A stretch of DNA of 64,000 nt from Elusimicrobia bacterium GWB2_63_16 (lineage in GTDB: Bacteria; Elusimicrobiota; Elusimicrobia; Elusimicrobiales; UBA9959). Made by a program: the position numbers and the translations under genes. Location: the NCBI GenBank assembly GCA_001799715.1, contig MGTZ01000009.1:17082-81081 (forward strand), in the 5' to 3' direction. A model generated the notes under the pieces. The model saw only the letters and a list, made by a program, of their open reading frames with translations, did no database searches and had not been told where the DNA came from. Of the stretch, positions 23,725 to 31,883 are shown in pieces; position 1 is the stretch's first letter, and each line of letters opens with the position of its first letter.

Positions 23725-25692
23725 ATGAAGACCGCCGCCGCGCTGCTGGCTTTCTTGCTTTGCCCCGCCGTTAAGGCGGCCGATATAGACATTACAGTGG
23801 TCACGCCGGCCAGGACGGCGCGCGCCATAGGCGACGTGCCCGGGGCGGTGGAGGTCCTCACCGGCGAACAGCTGCAAAGCGCCCCCGGCGGCACGCTGAA
23901 CGACAAGCTGGCCGCCCTGATCCCGGGCGCGGCTACCAACAGGGCCAACGGGATATACTCGTATACTTCGGTGCTGACGCTGCGAGGCCTGCCCGCCAAC
24001 GAGCAGGGCCGCACGCTGATACTGCTCGACGGCGTGCCGGTGAACACCAGCGCCACCGGAGCCGCCAACTGGAACCGCCTCGCGCTGGAGAACGTGGACC
24101 GCGTGGAGGTGCTCAAGGGGCCGGCCTCCGCTATCTACGGCTCCAACGCAGCGGCAGGCGTGATCAACATCATCACTAAAAAAAGCGCGCCGGGCTGGCG
24201 GCTGGGTTCCGCTTACGGCACTTACAACACCTTGCGCGCCAACGCCGGGGCCGGAGTAAAGCTTAAAGGTCTTTCCTTGTCGGCCGACGGGAGCTACCTG
24301 GCCAGCGACGGCTACAATTCCACTCCGGACTATTCCCCCGACCGGCCCTATTCCATTAATAAATACGTCAGGGAGAAGAACGCCGCGGCCAGGGCTTCGC
24401 TGGAGCTGGGAAGCGGCACGGCCGAGGCGGCATACTCCCGGACCGAAGGTCTGCGCGGCGAGGGCTATAAGATAAGGACCAACGGCAACAGCCGCCGGTA
24501 CACAACGGATTCGGCCCGCGCCGCATGGCGGGGCCGTAACGGGGAGGTTTCCTGGCTGGCGCAGGCCCATTACCAGCTCGAGGATTACGAGCGGCAGAGC
24601 GAGTCCGCGAAGAGCGGCTATACCAGGGCCGATACGGCCGCCCTGCGCGAAGACGCCGGCGGACAGGCCGCGTTCTCCGCGCCTTTGGCCGGGCTGACCG
24701 CAACGCTGGGCGCCGATTATAAGCTCGGCTCGGTGGATGCCACCGACACTTACACGGCGCCCTCCGCGTACGAGGCCAAGAACCGCGGACGGACCGCCCT
24801 GTACGCGCCCTACGCGCAGGCCGAGAAACAGTATTACGGCGGCCGTCTTAAACTGCTGGCGGCCCTGCGTTACGACAACGCCGTTTACTTCGGCGGCTAT
24901 TTCTACAACCCGTCCAACCCCGCCTACGGCGCCGTCAACGGCCCCCAGCGGCGCCATTACTGGGACAGTTTCTCGCCGAAAGCGGCCGCCTCCTGGCGCT
25001 ACTCGGACCAGGTAGAGCAGTATCTCTCCTACGGCAGGGGTTTCAGGCCGCCGGCGCTGGAGGACATGTGCCTGACCCTGAAAAAGGGAGCCGTGCTGTG
25101 GGTGGCCAATCCGGGATTGAAGCCTGAAACGGTGGATACCGCCGAGACGGGTTTCCGGCTGGCGCCGCTGGCCGGGCTGTATATCGAGCCGTCTGCCTAC
25201 TACACGCTGGGCCGCCATTTTATCTATCCCACCCTGCTCGGCGCCGCGCTGGGTAAAATGCAGAATATAGAAAGGGTGCGTATATACGGCGCGGAGCTGC
25301 CGGTGAAATACTACCGCGGCGGGCTGTCGCTGGCGGCGGCCTACGGCTGGTCCGAAAGCGGCATAGAAAAGTACTCGGCCAACCCCGCGCTGGAAGGCAA
25401 AACGCTGGTCAATTCCCCGCGCCACACCTTGTCCGCCAACATCGGCGTAAAGACCGCAGCGGCCGACCTGAACCTTGCGTGGACCTACAAATCCAGGCAG
25501 TACACGGCCGACAGCAACGGTGCCTGGGTCCGAGGGTATCACAACCTCTCGGCGTCGGCCTCGCGGGCCTTAACCGGGAGCGTCAGGATCAGCCTGTCCG
25601 CCGAGAATGTTTTCGACAAGCGCTACCAGGAGAGCTCCGCCGACCTGGCGCCGGGGCGGACCTTGACCCTTTCGGCGGAGGCCGGGTTCTGA
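23725..25692 (+). CDS. TonB-dependent outer-membrane receptor
   Basis: Signal peptide, plug motifs (VVTPARTA...VEVLTGEQL, LTLRGL, VEVLKGPASAIYGSNAAAGVINIITK), a long beta-barrel and C-terminal ...SAEAGF. Confidence 0.9.
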   Translation: MKTAAALLAFLLCPAVKAADIDITVVTPARTARAIGDVPGAVEVLTGEQLQSAPGGTLNDKLAALIPGAATNRANGIYSYTSVLTLRGLPANEQGRTLILLDGVPVNTSATGAANWNRLALENVDRVEVLKGPASAIYGSNAAAGVINIITKKSAPGWRLGSAYGTYNTLRANAGAGVKLKGLSLSADGSYLASDGYNSTPDYSPDRPYSINKYVREKNAAARASLELGSGTAEAAYSRTEGLRGEGYKIRTNGNSRRYTTDSARAAWRGRNGEVSWLAQAHYQLEDYERQSESAKSGYTRADTAALREDAGGQAAFSAPLAGLTATLGADYKLGSVDATDTYTAPSAYEAKNRGRTALYAPYAQAEKQYYGGRLKLLAALRYDNAVYFGGYFYNPSNPAYGAVNGPQRRHYWDSFSPKAAASWRYSDQVEQYLSYGRGFRPPALEDMCLTLKKGAVLWVANPGLKPETVDTAETGFRLAPLAGLYIEPSAYYTLGRHFIYPTLLGAALGKMQNIERVRIYGAELPVKYYRGGLSLAAAYGWSESGIEKYSANPALEGKTLVNSPRHTLSANIGVKTAAADLNLAWTYKSRQYTADSNGAWVRGYHNLSASASRALTGSVRISLSAENVFDKRYQESSADLAPGRTLTLSAEAGF

Positions 25693-27323
25693 TGGCAGGC
25701 CGCGCGCCGCTCTGGCGTAAGGCGGCCGTGATAGGCAGCCTGTGGGCTGCCTCGGAGATAGTGCTGGGCAGTTTCCTCAAGAACGCGCATATCCCTTTCG
25801 CCGGGCTGCTGCTGACCGGCATAGGGGTAGCCATACTGGTGGCGGGCCACCGCCTCTGGCCGGAAAGAGGCCTGCTCTGGCGCGCCGGACTGGTCTGCGC
25901 CGCCATGAAATCCATCTCTCCGAGCGCGGTGCTGCTGAGCCCCATGGTGGCCATCTTCGCCGAGGGCGTCTGCGCCGAGCTGGGCGTGCGGCTGCTCGGC
26001 GGCAATGCGGCGGGCTACCTGCTCGCCGGCGGCCTGGCTATGAGTTGGGGGCTGCTGCATAAGATCGGGAAGATATATATTTTTTACGGGCCGGAATCGG
26101 TGGGCGCCTACGCGCGGGGATTGCGGAAACTGAGAGACTGGCTGGGCAGCCCCGGCGGGATCTGGGAGCCTCTGGCGGCGCTGCTGGCGCTCTATTTACT
26201 GGCCGGCGCCTTCGCCGCCGCTATAGGCATGCGGGCGTCGCGCCGGGGCGAGACCGTGCCGGTCAAAGAGCGCGGCTCTGAAATTTTCAGGCCGCGGCCA
26301 GGCGCGCCAGCCGGTTATAACTCCGTGCTCATCCTTGCCGCCCATCTGGCCGCGGTGGCGGCGCTGATGGCTTCCGGAAATGTGCGCCTGGAATTAGCAG
26401 CCGCGCTCTCGGTCGTCTACGGCCTCCTCTGCGCCATCTTCTACCGCCGCTCTTCGGCGCTGCTGGGCCGGGGCGGGCTCTGGGCCGGGCTTGCGGCGGC
26501 CGGAGTGCTGGCCGGCTGGCTGTTGGGCGACTGGGGTTCCGGCCTGCGCATGGCCGCCCGCGCTTTCGCGCTTACGCTGGGTTTCGCCGCGATAGCGCAG
26601 GAACTGCTGAATCCCGCCGTGCGGCGCGGCCTGGAGCGCGCGGCGGGGCAGGCTTTCTTCGACACGCTAGAGTACGCTTTCGCCTCGCTGCCGCTGGTGC
26701 TGGAGGCGCTGCCATCCGGAAAAGACATGCTGCTGCGTCCCGCGGCCTCGCTGCGTACCGTTATTTCGCGAGCTCCTTGCCTGCTGGAGAGGAAGCGGCG
26801 GCGGGTGTATATTATCTCCGGCGGCCTCGGCGCCGGCAAATCCTCTCTGGCCGCCGCCCTGGCCCGGCTGCTGCTGGAAAAAGGGAAAAAGCCGGCCGGT
26901 ATGATCGCCGAGGGGTTCTGGGCCGGCGGCGTGCGGTCCGGTTTCGACCTGTTGGACCTTTCCGCCTGGGCCAGGACGCCTCTTTGCCGCCGCGGGGCCG
27001 GAGGCGGGACGCGCGCGGGGGAATTCGGGTTCTTCGAGGAAGGGCTCGCCGCCGGCCGCGCCGCCCTCGCTGCGAAGAAGACCGCCGGTGCCGCCGCCGT
27101 GTTCCTGGACGAAGTAGGTTTCCTGGAATTGGATGGTGGCGGCTGGGCGCCGCAGCTTGCCGCGCTGCTGGGCGAGGACGGCCCGCCCTTGGTGCTGGTG
27201 ATCCGGGACTACCTGCTGGAAAGAATAATCTCCCACTGGCGCATAAAGCCCGCCGCCGTCTGGACGGTCCCGGGCACCGAGCCCGAAGCGGCCCTCGCCG
27301 CGCTGACCGCCCGCGTTGACTAA
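25692..27323 (+). CDS. Fusion protein: polytopic membrane domain + C-terminal P-loop NTPase (THEP1/DUF2478-like)
   Basis: The ATG at 25692 shares its A with the receptor stop (TGATG). About 8-10 hydrophobic helices in the first ~390 aa, then Walker A ISGGLGAGKSSLA and Walker B AAVFLDEVG. The 5' extension in the track is discarded. Confidence 0.65.
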   Translation: MAGRAPLWRKAAVIGSLWAASEIVLGSFLKNAHIPFAGLLLTGIGVAILVAGHRLWPERGLLWRAGLVCAAMKSISPSAVLLSPMVAIFAEGVCAELGVRLLGGNAAGYLLAGGLAMSWGLLHKIGKIYIFYGPESVGAYARGLRKLRDWLGSPGGIWEPLAALLALYLLAGAFAAAIGMRASRRGETVPVKERGSEIFRPRPGAPAGYNSVLILAAHLAAVAALMASGNVRLELAAALSVVYGLLCAIFYRRSSALLGRGGLWAGLAAAGVLAGWLLGDWGSGLRMAARAFALTLGFAAIAQELLNPAVRRGLERAAGQAFFDTLEYAFASLPLVLEALPSGKDMLLRPAASLRTVISRAPCLLERKRRRVYIISGGLGAGKSSLAAALARLLLEKGKKPAGMIAEGFWAGGVRSGFDLLDLSAWARTPLCRRGAGGGTRAGEFGFFEEGLAAGRAALAAKKTAGAAAVFLDEVGFLELDGGGWAPQLAALLGEDGPPLVLVIRDYLLERIISHWRIKPAAVWTVPGTEPEAALAALTARVD

Positions 27324-27347
27324 TAGGCCGCAAGTTGTTAGGATGTG

Positions 27348-27369
27348 GTTATTGGCGTACGCCAATAAC
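27348..27369. promoter_or_regulatory. Perfect 22-bp palindrome immediately upstream of the DUF134 gene
   Basis: GTTATTGGCGTACGCCAATAAC equals its own reverse complement and ends 1 nt before the ATG at 27371. Confidence 0.7.
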
Positions 27370-27370
27370 T

Positions 27371-27670
27371 ATGCCCCGTCCCAGAAAATGCAGAAAGGTC
27401 ACCGCCGAACCCCGCGCCTATTATTTTAAACCGCGCGCGGTGCCGCTTTGTGAACTTGAAGAGGTGACGCTGCGGCTGGACGAACTGCAGGCGCTCAAGC
27501 ACGCAGACTTGAAACGGGGGGACCAGGCCTCCGGGGCCGCGGCCATGAAGGTGTCCAGGCAGACTTTTGGGAACATACTCGCTTCCGCCAGGCGGAAGCT
27601 GGCCGACGCCGTAGTTAACGGTAAGGCCCTCAAGATAGAGCCGGCCCCTCCCGCGGACAGGAAAAGCTGA
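27371..27670 (+). CDS. DUF134-family predicted DNA-binding protein
   Basis: MPRPRKCRKV...YFKP...LDELEALKHADL...QASGAAAMKVSRQTFGNILASARRKLA is the characteristic DUF134 (UPF0251) pattern with a sigma-70 region-4-like HTH. Confidence 0.75.
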   Translation: MPRPRKCRKVTAEPRAYYFKPRAVPLCELEEVTLRLDELQALKHADLKRGDQASGAAAMKVSRQTFGNILASARRKLADAVVNGKALKIEPAPPADRKS

Positions 27671-28104
27671 TGGAAACAAAAAAACAGCAGCATACCGGGC
27701 ATAAATCCCACGCGGCCTGCATAGCCTGCGGCCCCGCCAACCCCGTAGGGCTGCGCTTGAAATTCGCGCGCCAGGAGGACGGCTCCGTGCGCGCCGCCGT
27801 CTTCTGCCGCAGGGAGATGTCCGGTTATGACGGCTTCCTGCACGGCGGCGTAGCCGCGCTGATGCTCGACAGCGCCATGACCAACTGCCTCTTCTCCATG
27901 GGTATCGCCGCCCTGACGGCCGAATTTAACCTTAAGTACAAGGCCCCGGTGATCATAGGCCGGGCGGCTGAAGTAAGCGCCAGCCTGGTTTCCGACCTGG
28001 CCCCGCTGTATGTCATGAAAGCCGAGCTTTGCCAGGACGGCCAGCCCAAAGTGCTGGCCGAGGCCAAGTTCCTGAAAAATATCTTCCTTAAGGAGGGAGA
28101 ATGA
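27670..28104 (+). CDS. PaaI/hotdog-fold thioesterase family protein
   Basis: GFLHGGVAALMLDSAM motif, a CxxC near the N-terminus and 144 aa. The start overlaps the upstream stop. Confidence 0.7.
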   Translation: METKKQQHTGHKSHAACIACGPANPVGLRLKFARQEDGSVRAAVFCRREMSGYDGFLHGGVAALMLDSAMTNCLFSMGIAALTAEFNLKYKAPVIIGRAAEVSASLVSDLAPLYVMKAELCQDGQPKVLAEAKFLKNIFLKEGE

Positions 28105-28421
28105 AACTGGGTATTGTCATAACGCAGACCGAGCCGGAAAGCGTCTACAACGCGCTGCGGCTGGCACTCTATTCACGCAAGCAGGGCGACGAGGTAAAGG
28201 TCTTCCTGTCGGGCCGCGGGGTGGAGATAGACAAGATCGAGGACGCCCGGTTTGACGTTAAGGGCGAGGCCGAAAAACTCCTGGCCGCCGGCGGACGCTT
28301 TTTCGCCTGCGGCACCTGCCTGAAGATCCGCAACTCGGGAGGCTCCGAGATCTGCCCGCTGTCCACGCTGAAGGACCATTACGAGATAGTGCGCGACTCC
28401 GACAGGCTTATTACGGTCTGA
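28101..28421 (+). CDS. Small DsrE-family protein
   Basis: MKLGIVITQTEPESVYNALRLA...VFLSGRGV...FFACGTCLKIR, a DsrE-like fold pattern. ATGA overlap. Confidence 0.65.
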   Translation: MKLGIVITQTEPESVYNALRLALYSRKQGDEVKVFLSGRGVEIDKIEDARFDVKGEAEKLLAAGGRFFACGTCLKIRNSGGSEICPLSTLKDHYEIVRDSDRLITV

Positions 28422-28442
28422 GGGGGGGGGGCAACCTCCCGC

Positions 28443-28472
28443 TTGACAGGTCCCCGATGTTAATTGTACTAT
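28443..28472 (+). promoter_or_regulatory. Sigma-70-type promoter of the Fur-family gene
   Basis: TTGACA (28443-48), an 18-nt spacer and TACTAT (28467-72). Confidence 0.6.
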
Positions 28473-28491
28473 TGAGAATAGTTCTCATTAA
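28469..28491. promoter_or_regulatory. Fur-family 7-1-7 operator (box 1)
   Basis: CTATTGAGAATAGTTCTCATTAA with the core TGAGAAT-A-GTTCTCA. It overlaps the -10 element and the predicted transcription start of the Fur-family gene. Confidence 0.7.
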
Positions 28492-28493
28492 GT

Positions 28494-28961
28494 ATGCGCA
28501 ACCGCAAAGACCATGATCCTGACTGCTGCTGCCGCCGCATCCGCGGCGACGGCCGCCGCATGACGCCGCCGCGCCACGCCGTGCTGGACGCCCTCAGCGA
28601 GCGGGGGGAGCATTTGACCGCGGAGGAGGTTTTCAAGAAAGCCTCCCGCCGCTGCCCCAATATCGGCCTGGCCACCGTCTACCGCACGCTGGAGCTGCTG
28701 ACCGGCCTGGGCCTGGTCAGTAAGTTCGATACCGGCGACGACAAGGCCCGCTATGAGTTCGCCGACCCCGCCGGAGAGAAAGGGCATCATCACCACCTGG
28801 TCTGCAGCGGCTGCGGAAAGATAGTCGACTACAAGGATTTTATCGGCGAGGAGATGGAGCTGCTGCACAAGACGGAGCAGGGACTCTCTAAAAAATACGG
28901 CTTTAAGATCAAAAGCCATATCATACAGTTCTTCGGCCTCTGTCCGGATTGCGGGCGCTGA
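28494..28961 (+). CDS. Fur-family metalloregulator (Fur/Zur/PerR type not resolved)
   Basis: Winged helix (RHAVLDALSERGEHLTAEEVF...ATVYRTLELL), HHHHLVCSGCG and a C-terminal CPDC structural Zn site. The unusual Cys-rich 22-aa N-terminal extension (DCCC) would be absent if the real start is Met 28560. Confidence 0.8.
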   Translation: MRNRKDHDPDCCCRRIRGDGRRMTPPRHAVLDALSERGEHLTAEEVFKKASRRCPNIGLATVYRTLELLTGLGLVSKFDTGDDKARYEFADPAGEKGHHHHLVCSGCGKIVDYKDFIGEEMELLHKTEQGLSKKYGFKIKSHIIQFFGLCPDCGR

Positions 28962-28975
28962 TTTTTTTTAAGATT

Positions 28976-28998
28976 CTATTGAGAATACTTCTCATTAA
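28976..28998. promoter_or_regulatory. Fur-family 7-1-7 operator (box 2)
   Basis: CTATTGAGAATACTTCTCATTAA matches box 1 at 22 of 23 positions and ends 20 nt upstream of the DUF302 gene ATG. Confidence 0.7.
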
Positions 28999-29018
28999 CG
29001 ACCACAAGGAGACACAAC

Positions 29019-29513
29019 ATGGCAAAAAAGATAATTCTGGCGGCGGCTTTCATGGTTTTAGGCGCGGTGCTGGCGGCCTTCGGGGCGTATAAGGCGGCGC
29101 CGGGACTGATGATCGTTTCCGGCGAGACCGGCCTGGGCTTCGAGGAGAGCGTGGCGGCCCTGGAGAAAAGTATAAAAGGCAACGGCTGGGAGCACGCCGG
29201 CACTTCGCGCCTGAGCGACTCGATAGAGAAAAAAGGTTACGGCATAGGCCGCAGGGTGGCCGTGGTCAAGCTCTGCCATCCTAAATACGCGCAGGAGGTG
29301 CTGGCCTCTGACCGCTACCTCTCGGCGCTGATGCCCTGTTCGGTGGCCCTGTGGGAGGGAGACGACGGCAAGGTGCGCTACTCCAAGATGAACACCGGCC
29401 TTATCGCCCCTGTTTTCGGCGGCACGGTACGGCGGGTGATGGGCGGCAGCGTTGCGGCGGACGAGCACAAGATCCTTTCGGTGTTCTGCGGCGCAGACGC
29501 CTGCGGAAAATAA
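29019..29513 (+). CDS. DUF302-domain protein with N-terminal membrane anchor/signal
   Basis: N-terminal hydrophobic segment, then VAVVKLCHPKYAQEVL...LMPCSVALWE, which is typical of DUF302. Confidence 0.6.
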   Translation: MAKKIILAAAFMVLGAVLAAFGAYKAAPGLMIVSGETGLGFEESVAALEKSIKGNGWEHAGTSRLSDSIEKKGYGIGRRVAVVKLCHPKYAQEVLASDRYLSALMPCSVALWEGDDGKVRYSKMNTGLIAPVFGGTVRRVMGGSVAADEHKILSVFCGADACGK

Positions 29514-29529
29514 ATTTCAGGAGGTACTT

Positions 29530-29745
29530 ATGCCAAACAGGAACGGAACGGGTCCCCTGGGAATGGGGCCGATGAGCGGGAAGGGGGGCGGGCGCTGCGG
29601 CGCCGGCCGCGGCAGGGGCGCGGGCATGGGGATGGGGCGGCGCGGCATCTTCCAGGCTCCCGCGGAACCGACGGACGACGACACGCGGTCCATAAAAGAG
29701 CGCGTGGCGGAACTTGAGCGGCGCCTTAAAGAGGGAAAGAACTAG
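29530..29745 (+). CDS. DUF5320-like small protein (Gly/Arg-rich N-terminus + C-terminal coiled coil)
   Basis: MPNRNGTGPLGMGPMSGKGGGRCG... then KERVAELERRLKE. AGGAGG lies 6 nt upstream. The start is trimmed from the track ORF at 29452. Confidence 0.6.
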   Translation: MPNRNGTGPLGMGPMSGKGGGRCGAGRGRGAGMGMGRRGIFQAPAEPTDDDTRSIKERVAELERRLKEGKN

Positions 29746-29805
29746 CGGAGCAAGTATTTAAGCGGGAGGGGTTAGCCCCCCCCGCCGGTTAAACAGGAGA
29801 CAAAA

Positions 29806-30180
29806 ATGAAAATCGGCATCACATTGAACGACGACCAGGGGCTGAACAGCGAAGTCTGCGCCCATTTCGGCCAGTGCTCTCACTTCCTCATAGTGGAAGC
29901 GGAGGGGGACAAAATAAATAAATCCACGGTAGTGGTCAACGCGGCGGTGCACGGCGGCGGCGGCTGCCAGGCCGTGGGGGAGATCCTCAAGTACGGCATC
30001 ACGCACGTAATAGCCGGCGGCATGGGCATGGGCGCGCAGAATAAGTTCGCCGCCGCCAATGTGCCGATCTTCGGCTACTGCGGCAAAGCAGGGGACGCCG
30101 TGAAGGCGCTGCTGCAGAGCAAGCTGGGCGGCATAGATCCCTGCAAAGACCACGGCCACGACGGCAATTGCGGGCATTAA
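29806..30180 (+). CDS. NifX/NifB-C-terminal-like (dinitrogenase FeMo-cofactor-binding fold) protein, His/Cys-rich tail
   Basis: HFGQCSHFLIVE...ITHVIAGGMGMGAQNKF pattern of the NifX-like family. Tail CKDHGHDGNCGH. Confidence 0.7.
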   Translation: MKIGITLNDDQGLNSEVCAHFGQCSHFLIVEAEGDKINKSTVVVNAAVHGGGGCQAVGEILKYGITHVIAGGMGMGAQNKFAAANVPIFGYCGKAGDAVKALLQSKLGGIDPCKDHGHDGNCGH

Positions 30181-31020
30181 ATGAAACTGGCTGTCGCTAG
30201 CGGTAAGGGCGGCACGGGGAAGACCAGCCTGGCCTGCGCTCTGGCTCAGGTGCTGGGGCCCCGCGCCGCGCTGCTGGATTGCGACGTGGAGGAGCCCGAC
30301 TGCGCGCTTTTCCTGAATCCTGAGATAAAATTCGAAAAGGACTTCACGGTGGAAGTGCCGCGCATAGACCCGCAGAAATGCAGGGGCAGCGGGCGCTGCC
30401 AGGAAGTCTGCGAGTACAACGCCATAAAGCTGTTCAACGGCAAGCCCTACCTGTTCGGGCATATGTGCCACTCCTGCGGCGGCTGCGCCATAGCCTGCCC
30501 CGAGGGGGCCATCACGGAAATACCGCGCAAGGCCGGTAAGCTGCGGTCGGGCCTGGCCGGCGGGATCTTCTTCGCCGACGGCGTGCTGGACATAGGCGAG
30601 GCCAGCCCGGTGCGGCTGATAAAGGCCGTGAAAAAGCTGGCGCCCGACGGCCTTGACGTCATTATAGACTGCCCGCCGGGGACTTCCTGCCCCATGATAG
30701 CCTCGGTTACCGGGGCCGACTTCTGCCTGCTGGTCAGCGAGCCCACGCCGTTCGGCCTCAGCGACCTGAAGCTGGCCGTGGAAACCCTGGAAAAGATAAA
30801 GGTGCCGCATGCCCTGGCGATAAACCGCGCCGACCTCGGCGACGGGGAGATGGAGGCCTGGTGCGCGCGCAAAGGCCTGCCTATACTGCTCAAGATCCCT
30901 TTCGACCGGGAGATAGCCGCCGCCTATTCCCGCGGCCAGACCCTGCTGGAGGCCCGCCCCGAATACCGCCCGGCCCTGCGGTCCATGTTCGAGGCGATAA
31001 GGGCGGAGAGGGCCGCATGA
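30181..31020 (+). CDS. MinD/ParA-type P-loop ATPase with inserted 2x[4Fe-4S] ferredoxin domain (paralog 1)
   Basis: Deviant Walker A SGKGGTGKTSLA, ferredoxin insert CRGSGRCQEVCE / CHSCGGCAIACP, and IIDCPPGTSCP. Confidence 0.8.
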   Translation: MKLAVASGKGGTGKTSLACALAQVLGPRAALLDCDVEEPDCALFLNPEIKFEKDFTVEVPRIDPQKCRGSGRCQEVCEYNAIKLFNGKPYLFGHMCHSCGGCAIACPEGAITEIPRKAGKLRSGLAGGIFFADGVLDIGEASPVRLIKAVKKLAPDGLDVIIDCPPGTSCPMIASVTGADFCLLVSEPTPFGLSDLKLAVETLEKIKVPHALAINRADLGDGEMEAWCARKGLPILLKIPFDREIAAAYSRGQTLLEARPEYRPALRSMFEAIRAERAA

Positions 31021-31883
31021 AACAGGTACTGATACTCAGCGGCAAGGGCGGCACCGGCAAGACCACCGTGGCCGGAGCTTTCGCGCGGCTGGCGGCGCCC
31101 TGCGTTACGGCGGACTGCGACGTGGACGCGGCCGACCTGCATATCACGCTCTCCCCGGAGCCAGCGGAGCGCAAAAAATTTTTCGGCGGGAAAAAAGCCG
31201 CCATCGACCCGGCCAGGTGCGACGGCTGCGGCCGCTGCCTGGAGGTGTGCCGCTTCGAAGCCATACTTCCCGGGCCCTTCCGGATAAACGCCAACTACTG
31301 CGAGGGCTGCGGGGTCTGCGTCTGGAACTGCCCGGCCGGGGCTATAGATTTCCGGGAAGTGCTGAGCGGTACCTGGGCCGTTTCGCCCTGCCGCTTCGGG
31401 ACTTTCGCCGGGGCGCGGCTGGAACCGGCCGAGGAGAATTCCGGCAAGCTGGTGGCTCTGATTAAGACCGAGGCGGTGAAGGTCGCCGAAGCCGCCGGGG
31501 TGAAGTATCTGATCCTCGACGGCTCCCCCGGCATAGGCTGCCCCGTGCTGGCTTCGCTGGGCGGGGTGGATGCCGTGGTGGTGGTGGCCGAGCCCACCGT
31601 TTCCGGCCGGCATGATTTCCTGCGCCTGGCCGAACTGCTGAAAGCGCAGAAGATCCGCGGCTTCCTGCTGGTGAACAAGTGGGACCTGAACGGCGAAGAA
31701 ACCGCCAGGCTGGAAGCCGCCGCGGCGCAATACGGTTTTCCACTGCTCGGGCGCGTCCCTTTCGACGCCGCGGTAGTGAAAGTGCTCGTTGACCGGAAGA
31801 CCCTCGGAGAGGAAGGGGGCGGCGAGGCCGCCGCCGCCGTGGAGTTGGCCTGGAACAAGCTGAACCTGGGACTGGAGGCTTAA
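31017..31883 (+). CDS. MinD/ParA-type P-loop ATPase with inserted 2x[4Fe-4S] ferredoxin domain (paralog 2)
   Basis: SGKGGTGKTTVA, CDGCGRCLEVCR / CEGCGVCVWNCP, and ILDGSPGIGCP. ATGA overlap with paralog 1. The 5' extension in the track is discarded. Confidence 0.8.
   Translation: MKQVLILSGKGGTGKTTVAGAFARLAAPCVTADCDVDAADLHITLSPEPAERKKFFGGKKAAIDPARCDGCGRCLEVCRFEAILPGPFRINANYCEGCGVCVWNCPAGAIDFREVLSGTWAVSPCRFGTFAGARLEPAEENSGKLVALIKTEAVKVAEAAGVKYLILDGSPGIGCPVLASLGGVDAVVVVAEPTVSGRHDFLRLAELLKAQKIRGFLLVNKWDLNGEETARLEAAAAQYGFPLLGRVPFDAAVVKVLVDRKTLGEEGGGEAAAAVELAWNKLNLGLEA

Noticed and set aside
23719-25542. 607-aa minus-strand ORF.
   Set aside because: It is antisense to the TonB-dependent receptor and has an Arg/Gly/Pro-rich artefactual composition. 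The same reasoning applies to 2809..3978(-), 7891..9321(-), 13363..15015(-), 15181..16119(-), 17515..18708(-), 35736..37043(-), 37164..38885(-), 40838..42172(-), 44026..45597(-), 53382..54554(-), 60595..61761(+) and 61997..63637(-).
25479-25691. 5' extensions of track ORFs (25479, 11166, 21406, 22419, 27335, 29452, 30861, 32182, 35670, 39323, 43723, 56785, 62021).
   Set aside because: The extensions overlap the preceding gene or intergenic elements and translate to Arg/Pro/Gly-rich sequence. In each case an internal ATG shows a ribosome-binding site, stop/start coupling or a canonical family N-terminus, so I trimmed the start to that ATG.
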